Shown: positions 50,723-62,874, numbered from the whole stretch's first letter. The stretch is 63,659 nucleotides of DNA, filler included, from Octopus bimaculoides (GCF_001194135.2; 8 parts of 6 records of this genome joined end to end with filler, not necessarily neighbours in it); one strand, 5' to 3'. Notes: generated by a model from the sequence alone, not told the origin. Made by a program: numbers and translations.

Positions 50723-52140
50723 CGAGCATGTCGATTGCAATCTGTTTCCTAAGAGCCTCTTCCAAGTTTCTAAGTCTCCCTCTAATCTATTTTCTCTTTC
50801 ACCACGACCTTACTGGATCTAATCGATTCTACTCTAACCCCACTTTTCAAGGAGAACCACCATTTGTTGCTGACAACTGACTCTGTAAATGCGCGCTTAT
50901 CGAATTCGCTAATCCGGTCTCTGTAAGCTTGACATGCCGGGAGTGATGTGTTCAGCCTTCAGTAACCGGGTCCCTGCCTACGATGCCTATTTAGGTCGAC
51001 CATACAGATCATGAATTTGTGATCTGTGTTGAGGACGATTTTAAGAAGTGCATAACCTGTGCTAACCTTATCTACTGACCTACAGAACACTCTGTCTAGA
51101 TACTACCTAGATGCCCGATGCAGTTTGCCTATATCCACACTTGTACATTCAGGAAATCCAGTCGATACCTGTGAGACAGCTAAAGCCATCTGAGCAAGTT
51201 TGCAAGGCTTTTACACACTCTCTCCTATTAGCTAACTCCACACTATCCAAACGTATATCTAAGATAGCATTCCAGTCACCCACAAGTACTACTTAGGAAA
51301 ATCTCCAGACGTCTAAAGATCCACCTGTCCCGTCCCTGTCGGAGCGTAAACATCTAGCAGTTTGAAAGCACCCACTTCGCTGCTGCTCATGTCTAGGACA
51401 TGTAATACATCTCTCAATTCCGGTCGACTTGGAGATTAGTAAGTCTCGTAGCCACCGAGAATGGGTATGAGGCTTATGGATCAGAAATTTAGTCTCGTTG
51501 ATGGCCACCACATTTATATCAAGAGACTGAGGTTGTTAAGCAGGTGGTCCTGCTTTCAAGCAGACCCCAAGCCACGTATATTTACACTACCTATTCTAGG
51601 TATGGGCATGCTGGACAAGAGAGAAGTGGATGAAAAAGGAACACTTACCTTATTCCTTTGGTGGGAAATGTGTTTCAGCCTTCCGGTTGATTGTGCGTAT
51701 TTCCACTTGCAGGTCTTTGAATAGTCTTTTACTTGGAAATCTCCTGCTCTTTTTGGAAGTTCGCTTTTCTAACGTGTTGAATGTATGTTATGATATTTGG
51801 ATGATTTTTCAGATGCTATTAATTGATGTTATTAATTGATGTTATACAGTTACTGTTGGTGATATTAGTATTTGCATATATGTGGTTCATTAGTTCTTTA
51901 TTGGTTGTGTTTATTGCAGTGCTGTTAATGATGTCTTTTTTTTTGTTCGTGATGGTATGTGTGATCTGGCTGTTGGGTGTGTGAATTACGTTGTGGTTGT
52001 AATGGCGGTGTTTTTGATAATGGTGGTGGCAATGATGAGTGCGATGCTGCCGACAGCACTAGTGTAGCTGCTGTTTGGGGAGGTGTTTGGACATTATTTC
52101 TCAAAGGAATCTCCCGCATTTGTTCATATCTGTCAGTCTT
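50723..52140 (-). mobile_element. Tx1/L1-clade LINE remnant: ORF2 AP-endonuclease (ATG at 51609) with probable ORF1 tail upstream
   Basis: MPIPRIGSVNIRGLGS..VVAINETKF..LLDVYAP (51340-51351)..VGDWNAILD (51269-51280)..TDHK..GPGY*RLNTSL; all canonical APE motifs, with many stops and frameshifts. Assignment of 51610-52140 to ORF1 is weak. Confidence 0.82.
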
Positions 52141-52164
52141 TCTTGTTGGTGTATTATATAAGGC

Positions 52165-52173
52165 TTGCCGCCT

Positions 52174-52229
<56 letters not shown>

Positions 52230-52877
52230 TATAATAATAATAATAATAAGGGTTTCAAATTTTGCTACAAGGGTGGCAATTTTGGGGGAGGGGATGAGTC
52301 GATTACATCGACCCCAGTACTTATTTTATCGACCCCGAAAGGATGAAAGGCGGAGTCGACTCCAGTGAAATTTGAACACTAGTAATAATCCTTTCTGCNN
52401 NNNNNNNNNNNNNNNNNNNNNNNNNNNNNNNNNNNNNNNNNNNNNNNNNNNNNNNNNNNNNNNNNNNNNNNNNNNNNNNNNNNNNNNNNNNNNNNNNNNN
52501 NNNNNNNNNNNNNNNNNNNNNNNNNNNNNNNNNNNNNNNNNNNNNNNNNNNNNNNNNNNNNNNNNNNNNNNNNNNNNNNNNNNNNNNNNNNNNNNNNNNN
52601 NNNNNNNNNNNNNNNNNNNNNNNNNNNNNNNNNNNNNNNNNNNNNNNNNNNNNNNNNNNNNNNNNNNNNNNNNNNNNNNNNNNNNNNNNNNNNNNNNNNN
52701 NNNNNNNNNNNNNNNNNNNNNNNNNNNNNNNNNNNNNNNNNNNNNNNNNNNNNNNNNNNNNNNNNNNNNNNNNNNNNNNNNNNNNNNNNNNNNNNNNNNN
52801 NNNNNNNNNNNNNNNNNNNNNNNNNNNNNNNNNNNNNNNNNNNNNNNNNNNNNNNNNNNNNNNNNNNNNNNNNNNNN

Positions 52878-52915
<38 letters not shown>

Positions 52916-52927
52916 TTAATAATAATG

Positions 52928-52993
<66 letters not shown>

Positions 52994-53180
52994 TCTATTA
53001 TAGGCACAAGGCCTGAAGTTTTTGGGGAAGGAAATATTCGATTACATCGACCCCAGTACTCAACTGGTACTTACTTTATCGACCCCAAAAGGATGAAAGG
53101 CAAAGTCGACCTCAGCGGAATTTGAAGTCAGAACGGAGCATTTCGTCCAGCGAGCTAACGATTCTGCCAACCCACCGCCT

Positions 53181-53237
<57 letters not shown>

Positions 53238-53645
53238 GCCCGGATGTAGTACCAGGCAGTGGCTCTCATAGCTTCTGATCTTAATTGATTCGAAGTGTTA
53301 TCATGTGCATTGTTTTGTCTTGGTATAAAAGATGGGCTACAGCAAATATTCTGCTTAATACCACAGATTTGCTTGTCAGTTCTTTGACCATAACCAGTTG
53401 AGCATGCTCTCTCACTCAATAATTATAATAATAATAAAGACAAAAGGCCTGAAATTTGTGGGGAGGGGACTAAGCGATTACATCGATCCCAGTGTTTCAC
53501 TGATACTTAATTTATCGACCCCGAAAGGATGAAAGGCAAAGTTGACCTCGGCGCAATTTGAACTCAGAACGTAGCGACAGACGAAAAACCACTATGCATT
53601 TCGCCTGGCGTGCTAACAATTCTGCCAGCTCGTCGCGTTAATAAT
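52165..53645 (-). mobile_element. Tandem SINE family A copies alternating with (TAA)n arrays
   Basis: Copies at about 52250-52380, 52990-53180 and 53437-53640; head remnant CCGCCTTA at about 52168. Confidence 0.85.
53234..53417 (+). mobile_element. Internally deleted copy of the 2310-2734 element, embedded in (TAA)n
   Basis: GCAGTACC/GTAGTACCAGGCAGT.GCTCTCAT..AATACCACAGATTTGCTTGTCAGTT shared; TAA runs on both sides. Confidence 0.85.
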
Positions 53646-53655
53646 GATAACAATA

Positions 53656-53711
<56 letters not shown>

Positions 53712-54164
53712 AATAAAGTCAAAAGAAACAACAGCAACATCTAGATGTGGTGCAAGGGATTTTAGTTCGTTATCAGATTGTCACATGATTTTGTTGAAAT
53801 GAAAAAAAAAGAAGTTGCACTTTTGGCTGCTGGGGCTGGGGTGTAGGCGTCGGGGGTGGAATATAATTATTGTAAGTAAGTGAAAATTAATGAGAAATAA
53901 TTAAAAAAAAATGAAAGCGAAATGAATTAAAATATCTAACAGATTATTTTGTGGTTGTATTAAGTGTGTGGTTGTATAACCCTAGGACTGTCACGCAAAA
54001 GATGCCCTATGGTAACTAGCCTTCCAGCCATGACTGCCACAGTATAGTTGCCCCATGGCAGCTGACGTTCCAGCCATGGGAATACTTTTTTTACTTTCAG
54101 ACTTATTTTATCTTGAATTGCATTAAACAATCTGTCTGCCCTGTTTTGTTTAAGTTAGTAGGAT

Positions 54165-54330
54165 GTAACAGCGGCAGCAGCAGCAAAGGCAAAGGCAAAG
54201 GCAAAGGCAATAACATTAGCAACAGCAGTAGCAACAACAACGATAGCAACAGCAGCAGCAGCAACAACAATAAAAACATCATCACCATCAGCAGCAGCAA
54301 CAGGAGCGACAGCAGCAACAATAATAGCAA

Positions 54331-54369
<39 letters not shown>

Positions 54370-54665
54370 TAGCAGCAGCAACAACAACAATAACAACAGA
54401 AGTAGCAGCAGCAACAACAACAATAGCAACGGCAGTAGCAACAGCAAGCAACAGCAACAGCAGCAACAACAACAACAGCAACAGCAGCAGCAGCAACAAC
54501 AACAACAACAATAACAATAGCAGTAGCAGCAACAACAATAGCAACATCAGTAGCAACAACAAGCAAGACAGCAGCAGCAGCAGCAGCACAACAACAGCAA
54601 CAACAACAGCAGCAGCAGCAACAACCATAGCAACAACAGCCTTAGCAACAACAACAACAATATCC
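54165..54665. repeat. Degenerate (CAG)/(CAA)/(CAT) tract with (AAAGGC)n
   Basis: Direct reading. Confidence 0.93.
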
Positions 54666-55744
54666 AAGGCATGGTATGTCACCAAACACGGAATGGCAAG
54701 TTCACTGGTTCTCACTAACAAATTAGTGAGGTTTATGTTTCCAGTTTATTCTTAAAATACTCTTATCAAATATTTATATTTTTCTTTTTCTTTCATCTTA
54801 TTTTCTATTATGTTTCTGTCTGTAATAACGCGCATTCGTTTTCAATGAAAGCTTTGCTCGATTTGTAGGGTTTTGGGGGAGCAGTTGTTATGGGTTAACC
54901 TTGCCATTCATCTTTTCGGATTTGATAAGATAACATATCAGCCAAATACCAGGGCCAATGGTATCTACTAACCACTTCTACTCTGAATTTCTCGCCTTGT
55001 GCTTAAATCGGAAATATTATTATTGGTTTCAAATTTTGGCACAAGGCCAGCATTTTCGGGGGAGGGGCTAAGTCGNNNNNNNNNNNNNNNNNNNNNNNNN
55101 NNNNNNNNNNNNNNNNNNNNNNNNNNNNNNNNNNNNNNNNNNNNNNNNNNNNNNNNNNNNNNNNNNNNNNNNNNNGTGTGTGTGTGTGTGTGTGATGTTC
55201 GTTTCCTGAATAGAGCTTGATTGGTTAAATCATCAATACTACGAATGCTCTTCCGCAAGAAATTTTGCAGCCTTGTAAATGGTAAACAAACACCATAATC
55301 ACATTAGCTGCAGTTTTTTTTAAAACATCTGTTAATAAAGAACATCCCACCCGAACCGCATGCATAAGGTACCCGCAGATTCGGTAATTATACTAGTGGT
55401 CGTGGTGGTGGATATACAGCCGGATACAGCTGTAAGACGTTCTAGTTCTACCGGAGAAGTTATCCCGTGAAATGAAAATAACGGACGTTGATTTTGATAC
55501 CCCGGGCTATTTAGCAGTAGACAGGAATTATGAGAATCGCGGGGCAAAGAATTAAAGACCTGTAAATAGATGCTTAAATATTTAGCAAGCATTGTTTACA
55601 ATCTAACTCGATGAGAGTTTTTCCAAGGTACACAACTACAGCAAAACTTGTAGCTGGCGGAATGGAAGAAAATCAAGTCCCTCTGGAAATGGATTAACTG
55701 ATAGTGATGAACTTTGGTCTTCATCTATGGGCGTTGTTGTTTAA

Positions 55745-56560
55745 CCCTAGTGAAAAAATTCAAACTCGTCATGTTGAAGTCCACCGGCGCCCTGAATTTA
55801 AAAATTCCAAGTGTGTAAGTGACCGCATGGATATAAGCCCCCACACGTGTCAAGTTTCATCAAGGTCTGTTAGATAGTCTTGGTGGAGTTAAAGTAACAA
55901 ATTCACAAACACACAAACTTGCCATTTCTTCATTTCAATACGAATTGTTTTGATTTGCTAAAACTTAGTATTTCAATTCGTTGTTTTAATTCCCCAGCAT
56001 TTCAGCTTTTAAATAGGTAAGTGCATTTTATTTCTCAAAAACAATTTAGGCATTTTGCATCATGGCATCAGTTTGACAAAATCTGCCTCAAAGCGTAAAA
56101 TTTCGCCATTTTACGCACATGCACAAAAAGGACGACGACACAGGTTCGCTACCAAACTCGGCTCATTTTTTCGTCAAATTGGTCCTACACATTAATATAG
56201 AGTTTAAATTTTTGAAAAATGTCGAAATTTGACGAAAAATGTTTCATGGCTATTAACAGGCATCTTATTAACGTTAATATATTTAGCATTGCTTTGATTT
56301 GCTAAAACTTATTATTTCAATTCGTTGTTTTAATTCCCTAGCGTTTCAGATTTTAAATAGGAAAGTGCATTTTATTGCTCAAGCATTTTCTATTCAGTAT
56401 TTTATGCATANNNNNNNNNNNNNNNNNNNNNNNNNNNNNNNNNNNNNNNNNNNNNNNNNNNNNNNNNNNNNNNNNNNNNNNNNNNNNNNNNGTGAAAAAA
56501 ATTCAAACTCGTCATGTTGAAGTCCACCGGCGCTCTGAATTGTTTTGCGCCAAAATCAGA
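55745..56560. mobile_element. Repeat with internal direct duplications, possibly Helitron/HINE-like
   Basis: 55949-56037 matches 56294-56381 and 55750-55797 matches 56492-56540; AAGTTTCATCAAGGTCTG..GTAACAAATTCACAAACACACAAACTT resembles DINE-1/Lep1-type 3' regions from memory. Confidence 0.4.
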
Positions 56561-56882
56561 ATAGCTTCGGTGTAAATATATTAATTAGGAGTAAATATTC
56601 AAATGTAGATATTTATATAGATATTATTGTTAATATCACGTGCGCCTCGTGTGCCCTCTTGATATATATAGAGTGTCAGGAGTTAAGGGCTGAAACACTT
56701 GCCTAAAGGAGTTTCTCGTCTGAGGACCACCTGCTGTTACGCTCTCCCCGAGTTTCTTTCCACTTATATATATATATATATGTATGTGTGAGTGTGTGTA
56801 CGTATGTATGTATGTATTTATGTATGTATATATGTATATATATATTTATGTATGTATGTATGTATGTATATATACACACATA

Positions 56883-57753
56883 CACGTAGTCTGATCAATA
56901 AGTATCCGGACTGTTGCTATAGAAACGAAGCTAAAGTACAGAGTGTGAAACCATTTGGCACAGATTGACCTTGAACTCTACTATGCATGCGCACTAAGTT
57001 TTAACTTTCTAGCTTACTTCCGCTGTTAACAATAGTTCTTGGAATGAAGGTGTAAGGCGTGTGATCATCGTATTGTCGATGACAGAGAAAGTTGAGCAGA
57101 GAATCTGCATCAAATTTTGCCAGAAGCTTCGCGATACCTGCTCAGAGGCTTACGCAAAGTTTTCAGAAAGCTTTCATCGTTCTCGGCACAATGAAGGAAA
57201 TCTTGTGCTACTGAAACCCTAGTGTCTTTTGGTCAGCTGAAAGCAGTTTTGGCACAAACTTGGCAAATACGTGTCTCATACCCAAATCTTCAGTGATAAT
57301 GGACTGAACTGAACAGTAACTAATCTGCACATCCTCTGATAACTCACGGATGGTGATTCGACGATTTCCCTTCACAACTGCACGCACATCTGCGATGTTT
57401 TTCTCAGTTCTGCTGGTTACGGGTCTCCCAGAATATTCGTCAATATCGACAATTTTTCGGCCATTTTGGAAACGTCTGAACCACTCGTACCCTTTTGTGT
57501 GGCTCAAACACCCTACTCCATACACTTTCTGCAACTTTGCGTAGGCCTATGAGCAAGTATTGTCAGGACAACTTTCTGTGTCATGGTCAATGCGATGATC
57601 ACACGCTACACATCTTCCTTCCAAGCACTGCTGCAAACACCAGAAATGAGCTTGAACGTTAAATCTTAATGCACATGCCCAACAGAGTCGAAAATCAATC
57701 TGTGTGAAGCGGCTTCACTCTGCATGCTTTAGCTTCGTTACTATAGCAACAGT
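56883..57753. mobile_element. Mariner derivative made of two outward-facing 5' ends
   Basis: Plus arm 56883-57170: TIR, UTR and MTEKVEQRICIKFCQKL. Minus arm 57156-57753: TIR, UTR and KVYG..YEWFRRFQNG..YSGRPVTS..RRITIREL..FVPKLLS. Confidence 0.88.
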
Positions 57754-58065
57754 NNNNNNNNNNNNNNNNNNNNNNNNNNNNNNNNNNNNNNNNNNNNNNN
57801 NNNNNNNNNNNNNNNNNNNNNNNNNNNNNNNNNNNNNNNNNNNNNNNNNNNNNNNNNNNNNNNNNNNNNNNNNNNNNNNNNNNNNNNNNNNNNNNNNNNN
57901 NNNNNNNNNNNNNNNNNNNNNNNNNNNNNNNNNNNNNNNNNNNNNNNNNNNNNNNNNNNNNNNNNNNNNNNNNNNNNNNNNNNNNNNNNNNNNNNNTGTG
58001 TGTGTGTGTGTGTGTGTGTGTATCTATATGTATAAGAGACCAAAGTGTACGTACGCCGCTATATG

Positions 58066-58450
58066 TATATGAAAAAGAATACAAAAATGGGACAAGAACG
58101 CAAAACATCCAGGCAGTTTAAATGATACAAAAAAGGGACATGAAAAAACAAGGACGGGTCATCCGGAGTTTTCTTTCGTCAGTCGAGTTCCAGATTATCT
58201 TTGCTGGTTATACTCGAGATTGCTCCAATCTGGCCAGCCCCAAGGAAAATCTAAGCTAAGAGCACTAGATTCTTGGCCAGATTGGAGCAATTTCGAGTAT
58301 AACCAGTCGAAATTGCACAAAGATAATGTAGAACTCGACTGAAGAAAGAAAACTCTGGATGACCCGTCCTTGTTTTATCTTGTCCCATTTTTGTATCATT
58401 TGTCTGGATGTTTTGCGTTCTTGTCCCATTTTTGCATTCTTTTTGATATA
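58066..58450. repeat. Long palindrome: arms of about 170-177 bp, 37-bp spacer
   Basis: 58066-58236 versus reverse complement of 58274-58450, with long identical runs such as AAAAATGGGACAAGAACGCAAAACATCCAG and ATTGCTCCAATCTGGCCA. Confidence 0.95.
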
Positions 58451-59489
58451 TATATACACACGAAAGGCAGAGTAAAATACTATTAACAAGACCTATTTAA
58501 GAAGTAAAGGATAATTTGTATTTTTATAGCATTCACAGTTTAGCTTTCTTTAAATATTCTTGACATTCGTCTACGTTCATTTCCTCACGTTTCCGACGAT
58601 GTTGTCTTTTGCCTCTTTTTGTTATATTTTCTCGCTGTTCCTCTCTGATCCGTGTTCTATATCTGTGCATCCTTTCTCGGGCAGCTTGTAACCGTGTTTC
58701 TTGTAAATCCAGAGTTTAGGTTAAAGTAGCCCTTGTAAACAAGTATCAATTTTTTTAAGCAAGCAGACGATAAATAATTGCACTTATGCGCATGCTTTAA
58801 GCGACGGCCGCTATAAAAAATTAGTTCAATAAAAAAATACTTTTCCTTATCACCACCGCCGCCGCCTCCACTGCCGCCGCCTCCGCCGCCGCAACCAAGC
58901 AACCAGCAAACCAAACCACTAAGGAACCGAGCAACAGAGCAACCAAGCAACCAGCCAACCAGCCAAACAAACAGCCAATGAAGCAATGAACCAGGCAAAA
59001 AAGACAAGCGACCAGCCGACCAACCAAAATTTGTATCGGTTAGTATAATATAGGAATAATTAATAATTAACAAAGGAAATATATTGGTTAAACACTTTAA
59101 GAGGGAAACAAATTTCAGTATATATTAACATTTATCCCATGCTGTACTAATTAAACTCTTCCTGTGATAATGCATCAATTATTTTTATTAAAAAAGCGAA
59201 AAAAGAGAAATGCTGATATTCGTATGTAGGTGAGGGTTCAGTAAACTTCCTCACATTTCTTTTTGTTTAATAAGTGAATAAGTACACGTCTACCTACAAT
59301 AACGCGACATGTGTCACAAAATGCGTACGACACAACATCAAACCGGTTAACAGACACCACGGTTGAGTATTTAAACAAACATTGCTAAAAGTGCCCCGTA
59401 TACACCGAGTAAACTTAGCTAGCACCTATATATATATATATATATATATAGGTGCTAGAACAAATATACATGTACATACACACACACAC

Positions 59490-59556
<67 letters not shown>

Positions 59557-59731
59557 NNNNNNNNNNNNNNNNNNNNNNNNNNNNNNNNNNNNNNNNNNNN
59601 NNNNNNNNNNNNNNNNNNNNNNNNNNNNNNNNNNNNNNNNNNNNNNNNNNNNNNNNNNNNNNNNNNNNNNNNNNNNNNNNNNNNNNNNNNNNNNNNNNNN
59701 NNNNNNNNNNNNNNNNNNNNNNNNNNNNNNN

Positions 59732-59786
<55 letters not shown>

Positions 59787-59892
59787 CACATACATGCATA
59801 TATATGTATATGCATACATACATACATATATACATATATGTATGTACGTATGCATATATATATATATATGTATGTATGTATATATATGTATG

Positions 59893-59928
<36 letters not shown>

Positions 59929-60463
59929 AATGCATATATACGATGCATAAGAACATTAGTGTATTTGTGTTTAGGTGAGTCGAATTATTATATTAGTTGT
60001 ATATCTGTCTGTCTATATTCACATAATCATACTGTCGCATACATACCACATCCACCATGCACCCACATACACAATACATGCATACACACAAATACACACA
60101 AACATACGCGCGCGCGTACATGTATGTATAAATATATTTAAGATATTTATATAATCAGCAGGGGTTCGATTCGAATCAAAACCTTTCTTTGTTTCTCTTG
60201 AGAAACTAGCGGGGCATCGAGAGATGAATGGTGAACTGTTGTCGGATGTGTGAACCATCGCCAACCATGGATGGACCAGCCATACACCTTCTTGTTTACA
60301 TACATACATACATACATATGTATGTATGCATATCTGTGTGTGTGTGTGCATGTATGTATATAGTTAGTATGTGTGTATAGTTAAACAGAGAGACGCACCC
60401 CGAGACCCAGGAATATCAACTGCTGAAATAAAAAAAAAATGAGTTTTTCGTGTTTGTTTTAAG

Positions 60464-60551
60464 CATCTGTTGCTGTCATATCTAAATCCAACAACAATGG
60501 CAACTACAGGGACTACTTTAACGATAACACCTCACCTCGCCGAGGAACAGG
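60464..60551 (+). other. Candidate first coding exon of an unknown gene
   Basis: Pyrimidine tract plus AAG acceptor (60463), ACAATGG start at 60497, open frame MATTGTTLTITPHLAEEQ(G), donor CAGG|GTGAGA. No homology recognised. Confidence 0.2.
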
Positions 60552-60559
60552 GTGAGATA

Positions 60560-60637
<78 letters not shown>

Positions 60638-61121
60638 GAGTGTAAGTGAGAGAAAGAGAGAGAAGAATGGTGAACGAGGAAGAGGGAGAGGGAAGAATTA
60701 CAGGATACAGAGTGATAAAGTAGAAAAAAATGTATTATTGAATAGAACAAATATTTGCATGTATATGTATGTGTATATGTGTGTGTATGTATATATATAG
60801 ACATATTTGCTATATATAATTATTTGCAGTATCCAATTGATTCAAAGTATTTTAATAATAAGGACCCTAAGGTAGGGTCGAGAATAGCATATCCGTGTAT
60901 CAACACTATATATGGACACTCACATACATACTAATGTACATACGAACTTGTCCTATCATTTTCATATACATATACATGGACGGATCAATATAGTCATCGA
61001 TATAAATACCCATATATACATATATAATCACACAGGCGTATTCCGGCATGCAGTCGGCGGCCACTGTAAGTTCTAGATTCAACGTAGAAAAGGATCCGAG
61101 TGTGTTGTAGGACAAATAATA

Positions 61122-61352
61122 GCACAAATGGGCTGAGGTTCACTACAGCTGTTTCAGACGCGTTTTTTATTGATTAAGAAATCAATTACATCATGAAAAA
61201 GCCAATTCTAAGGTTTAACGTTTAAGATCATGCACATAAACAAAGTAGAATGTATTTTGACTATTATGACGATTTTTTCATGTTGTAGTTGATTTGTTCA
61301 TCGATAAAGAATGCGGCAAAAACAGCCGTAGTGAACCTCAGCTCTTTTGTGT
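61122..61352. mobile_element. 231-bp MITE with 33-bp TIRs and TA target duplication
   Basis: 61122-61154 versus 61320-61352 match at 29/33; TA at 61120-61121 and 61353-61354. Confidence 0.85.
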
Positions 61353-61399
61353 TATATATATGTATGTGTGTGTGTATGTGCGTATGAGTGTGTGTGTGT

Positions 61400-61575
61400 G
61401 TGTCTCCGTAAGCTAGCGAATCGGTAAAAAATACCGATAAAAAAGCACTTGGTTAGTTTCGTTCGGTCACGTGCTTCTGGGTTCAGTCCCGCTGCGTGGC
61501 TTCTTGGGTAAATGTCTTCTACTATAGATTTGGGCAGACGAAAGCCTTGTGAGTGGATTTGGTAGAAGGAAACTG

Positions 61576-61580
<5 letters not shown>
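61400..61580 (+). mobile_element. SINE family B (CORE-like), rearranged
   Basis: GGGTTCAGTCCCGCTGCGTGGC..TTGGGTAAATGTCTTCTACTATAG..AAAGCCTTGTGAGTGGATTTGGTAG. Confidence 0.8.
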
Positions 61581-61636
<56 letters not shown>

Positions 61637-61736
61637 NNNNNNNNNNNNNNNNNNNNNNNNNNNNNNNNNNNNNNNNNNNNTTAATTAATTAANNNNNNNN
61701 NNNNNNNNNNNNNNNNNNNNNNNNNNNNNNNNNNNN
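61637..61736. other. Artificial scaffold-join spacer
   Basis: 44N-TTAATTAATTAA-44N. Confidence 0.97.
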
Positions 61737-62284
61737 GAGATGCAAATATCCGTCGATAACATAAACTAATATACATTCGACTACATGTGTGTATATATAT
61801 ATATATGTGTGCGTGTGTGTGTTGATGCGCGTGCGTACTAGTATTTATACTTTCGAAACATGCATACACATATATATATATATATAAACATGTATATATA
61901 TATATATTTAAACTCACACACATATACATACACACACGTAGCAATCTTATGAAGACTTTCAACCGGAAATCGTCAGCTGAAAGATTACAGCCAGGATCGG
62001 TTGAGACCTTGTGGGCGGTGTCGGTCGATTATCCGTTCGGTTTCAAAGTTCGTGTTACACCGTCCCGCTGCCACTCCTAAAATGCAGGGAATAACGTCAA
62101 ACCCCCTGTCACTTGTAGGGGGACGAAAATTTATTTATTTCACTTCTGGGGATTAAGGAAAGGTTCCTTTTCTCACTTACAGCGAATAATCATTTTACAA
62201 ATGAAGTCACATCATCCACACGCCTTGTTGGCGTATGTTTAACCCCTAGGGGTTGCAATATGGACGGGAATTATGTACAAGGAA

Positions 62285-62445
62285 CAGGTATGGTTCTGTG
62301 ATGTCGGAGTTCGCTTCCCGACTGTAGGGTTTCAAGTTCAGTCCCACTGCGCGGTACCTCGAGCAAGTGTCTTCTATTTTAGCCCAGGGCTGATGAAAGC
62401 CTTGTCAGTAGATTTAATAAACGGAAACAGAGAATCCCGTTGTGT
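62285..62445 (+). mobile_element. SINE family B head and CORE-like part
   Basis: GTTCAGTCCCACTGCGCGGTACCTCGAGCAAGTGTCTTCTATTTTAGCC..AAAGCCTTGT. Confidence 0.8.
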
Positions 62446-62874
62446 ATGTATATATATTTATATATATATATATATATGAATATATTTATATATATATATA
62501 TATATACAATTATGACCATCCCCACTCTTCTGTTTCCGTTAATTAAAATAACATTCTAAAAAAAAAAAACGTCTTTTTTGTTTGTTGTTAATTTAATGAG
62601 GTTTCTAGTTAAGCGACATCAGTTACCGAGATACTGACCATGATCGACAGAATTCGTTCCATGATTTGCAGAGTTCTCTCCCTTGGTAAGTTGTCTCCCT
62701 TGAACCTGATTCCGTCTCCATTCGTTCCTAATGTATGGCACCTTCGACAAATGTCTTCTACTATAGCCTCAGGTCTATATGTATATATATATATATATAC
62801 TTATATATATTTATATGTATGTATAAAGATATGTTTATATATTTATATGTATATATATATTTATATATTTATAT

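Noticed and set aside
54113-54665. Poly-Gln/Ser/Asn ORF suggesting a transcription factor low-complexity domain
   Set aside because: Dominant triplets shift frame repeatedly, and no flanking domain or splice signals were seen.
55332-55592. GC-richer patch with an 86-aa minus ORF and TTTACAG acceptor
   Set aside because: No recognisable domain, and the other frames are closed; insufficient support.
58270-58365. Hammerhead-like words: GATTGG/CCAGTC stem followed by GAAA, and CTGAAGA-AA-GAAA
   Set aside because: The first lacks the CUGANGA core upstream; the second has no stem II. No complete ribozyme can be drawn.
8423-59978. Long ORFs in the track (poly-X, poly-YI, poly-I, poly-N, poly-L, HT repeats, LSIY repeats)
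   Set aside because: They are translations of N gaps and microsatellites.
62241-62254. Perfect 14-bp palindrome AACCCCTAGGGGTT and nearby CCCCCT..AGGGGG stem
   Set aside because: Too short to be significant in 63 kb without supporting context.
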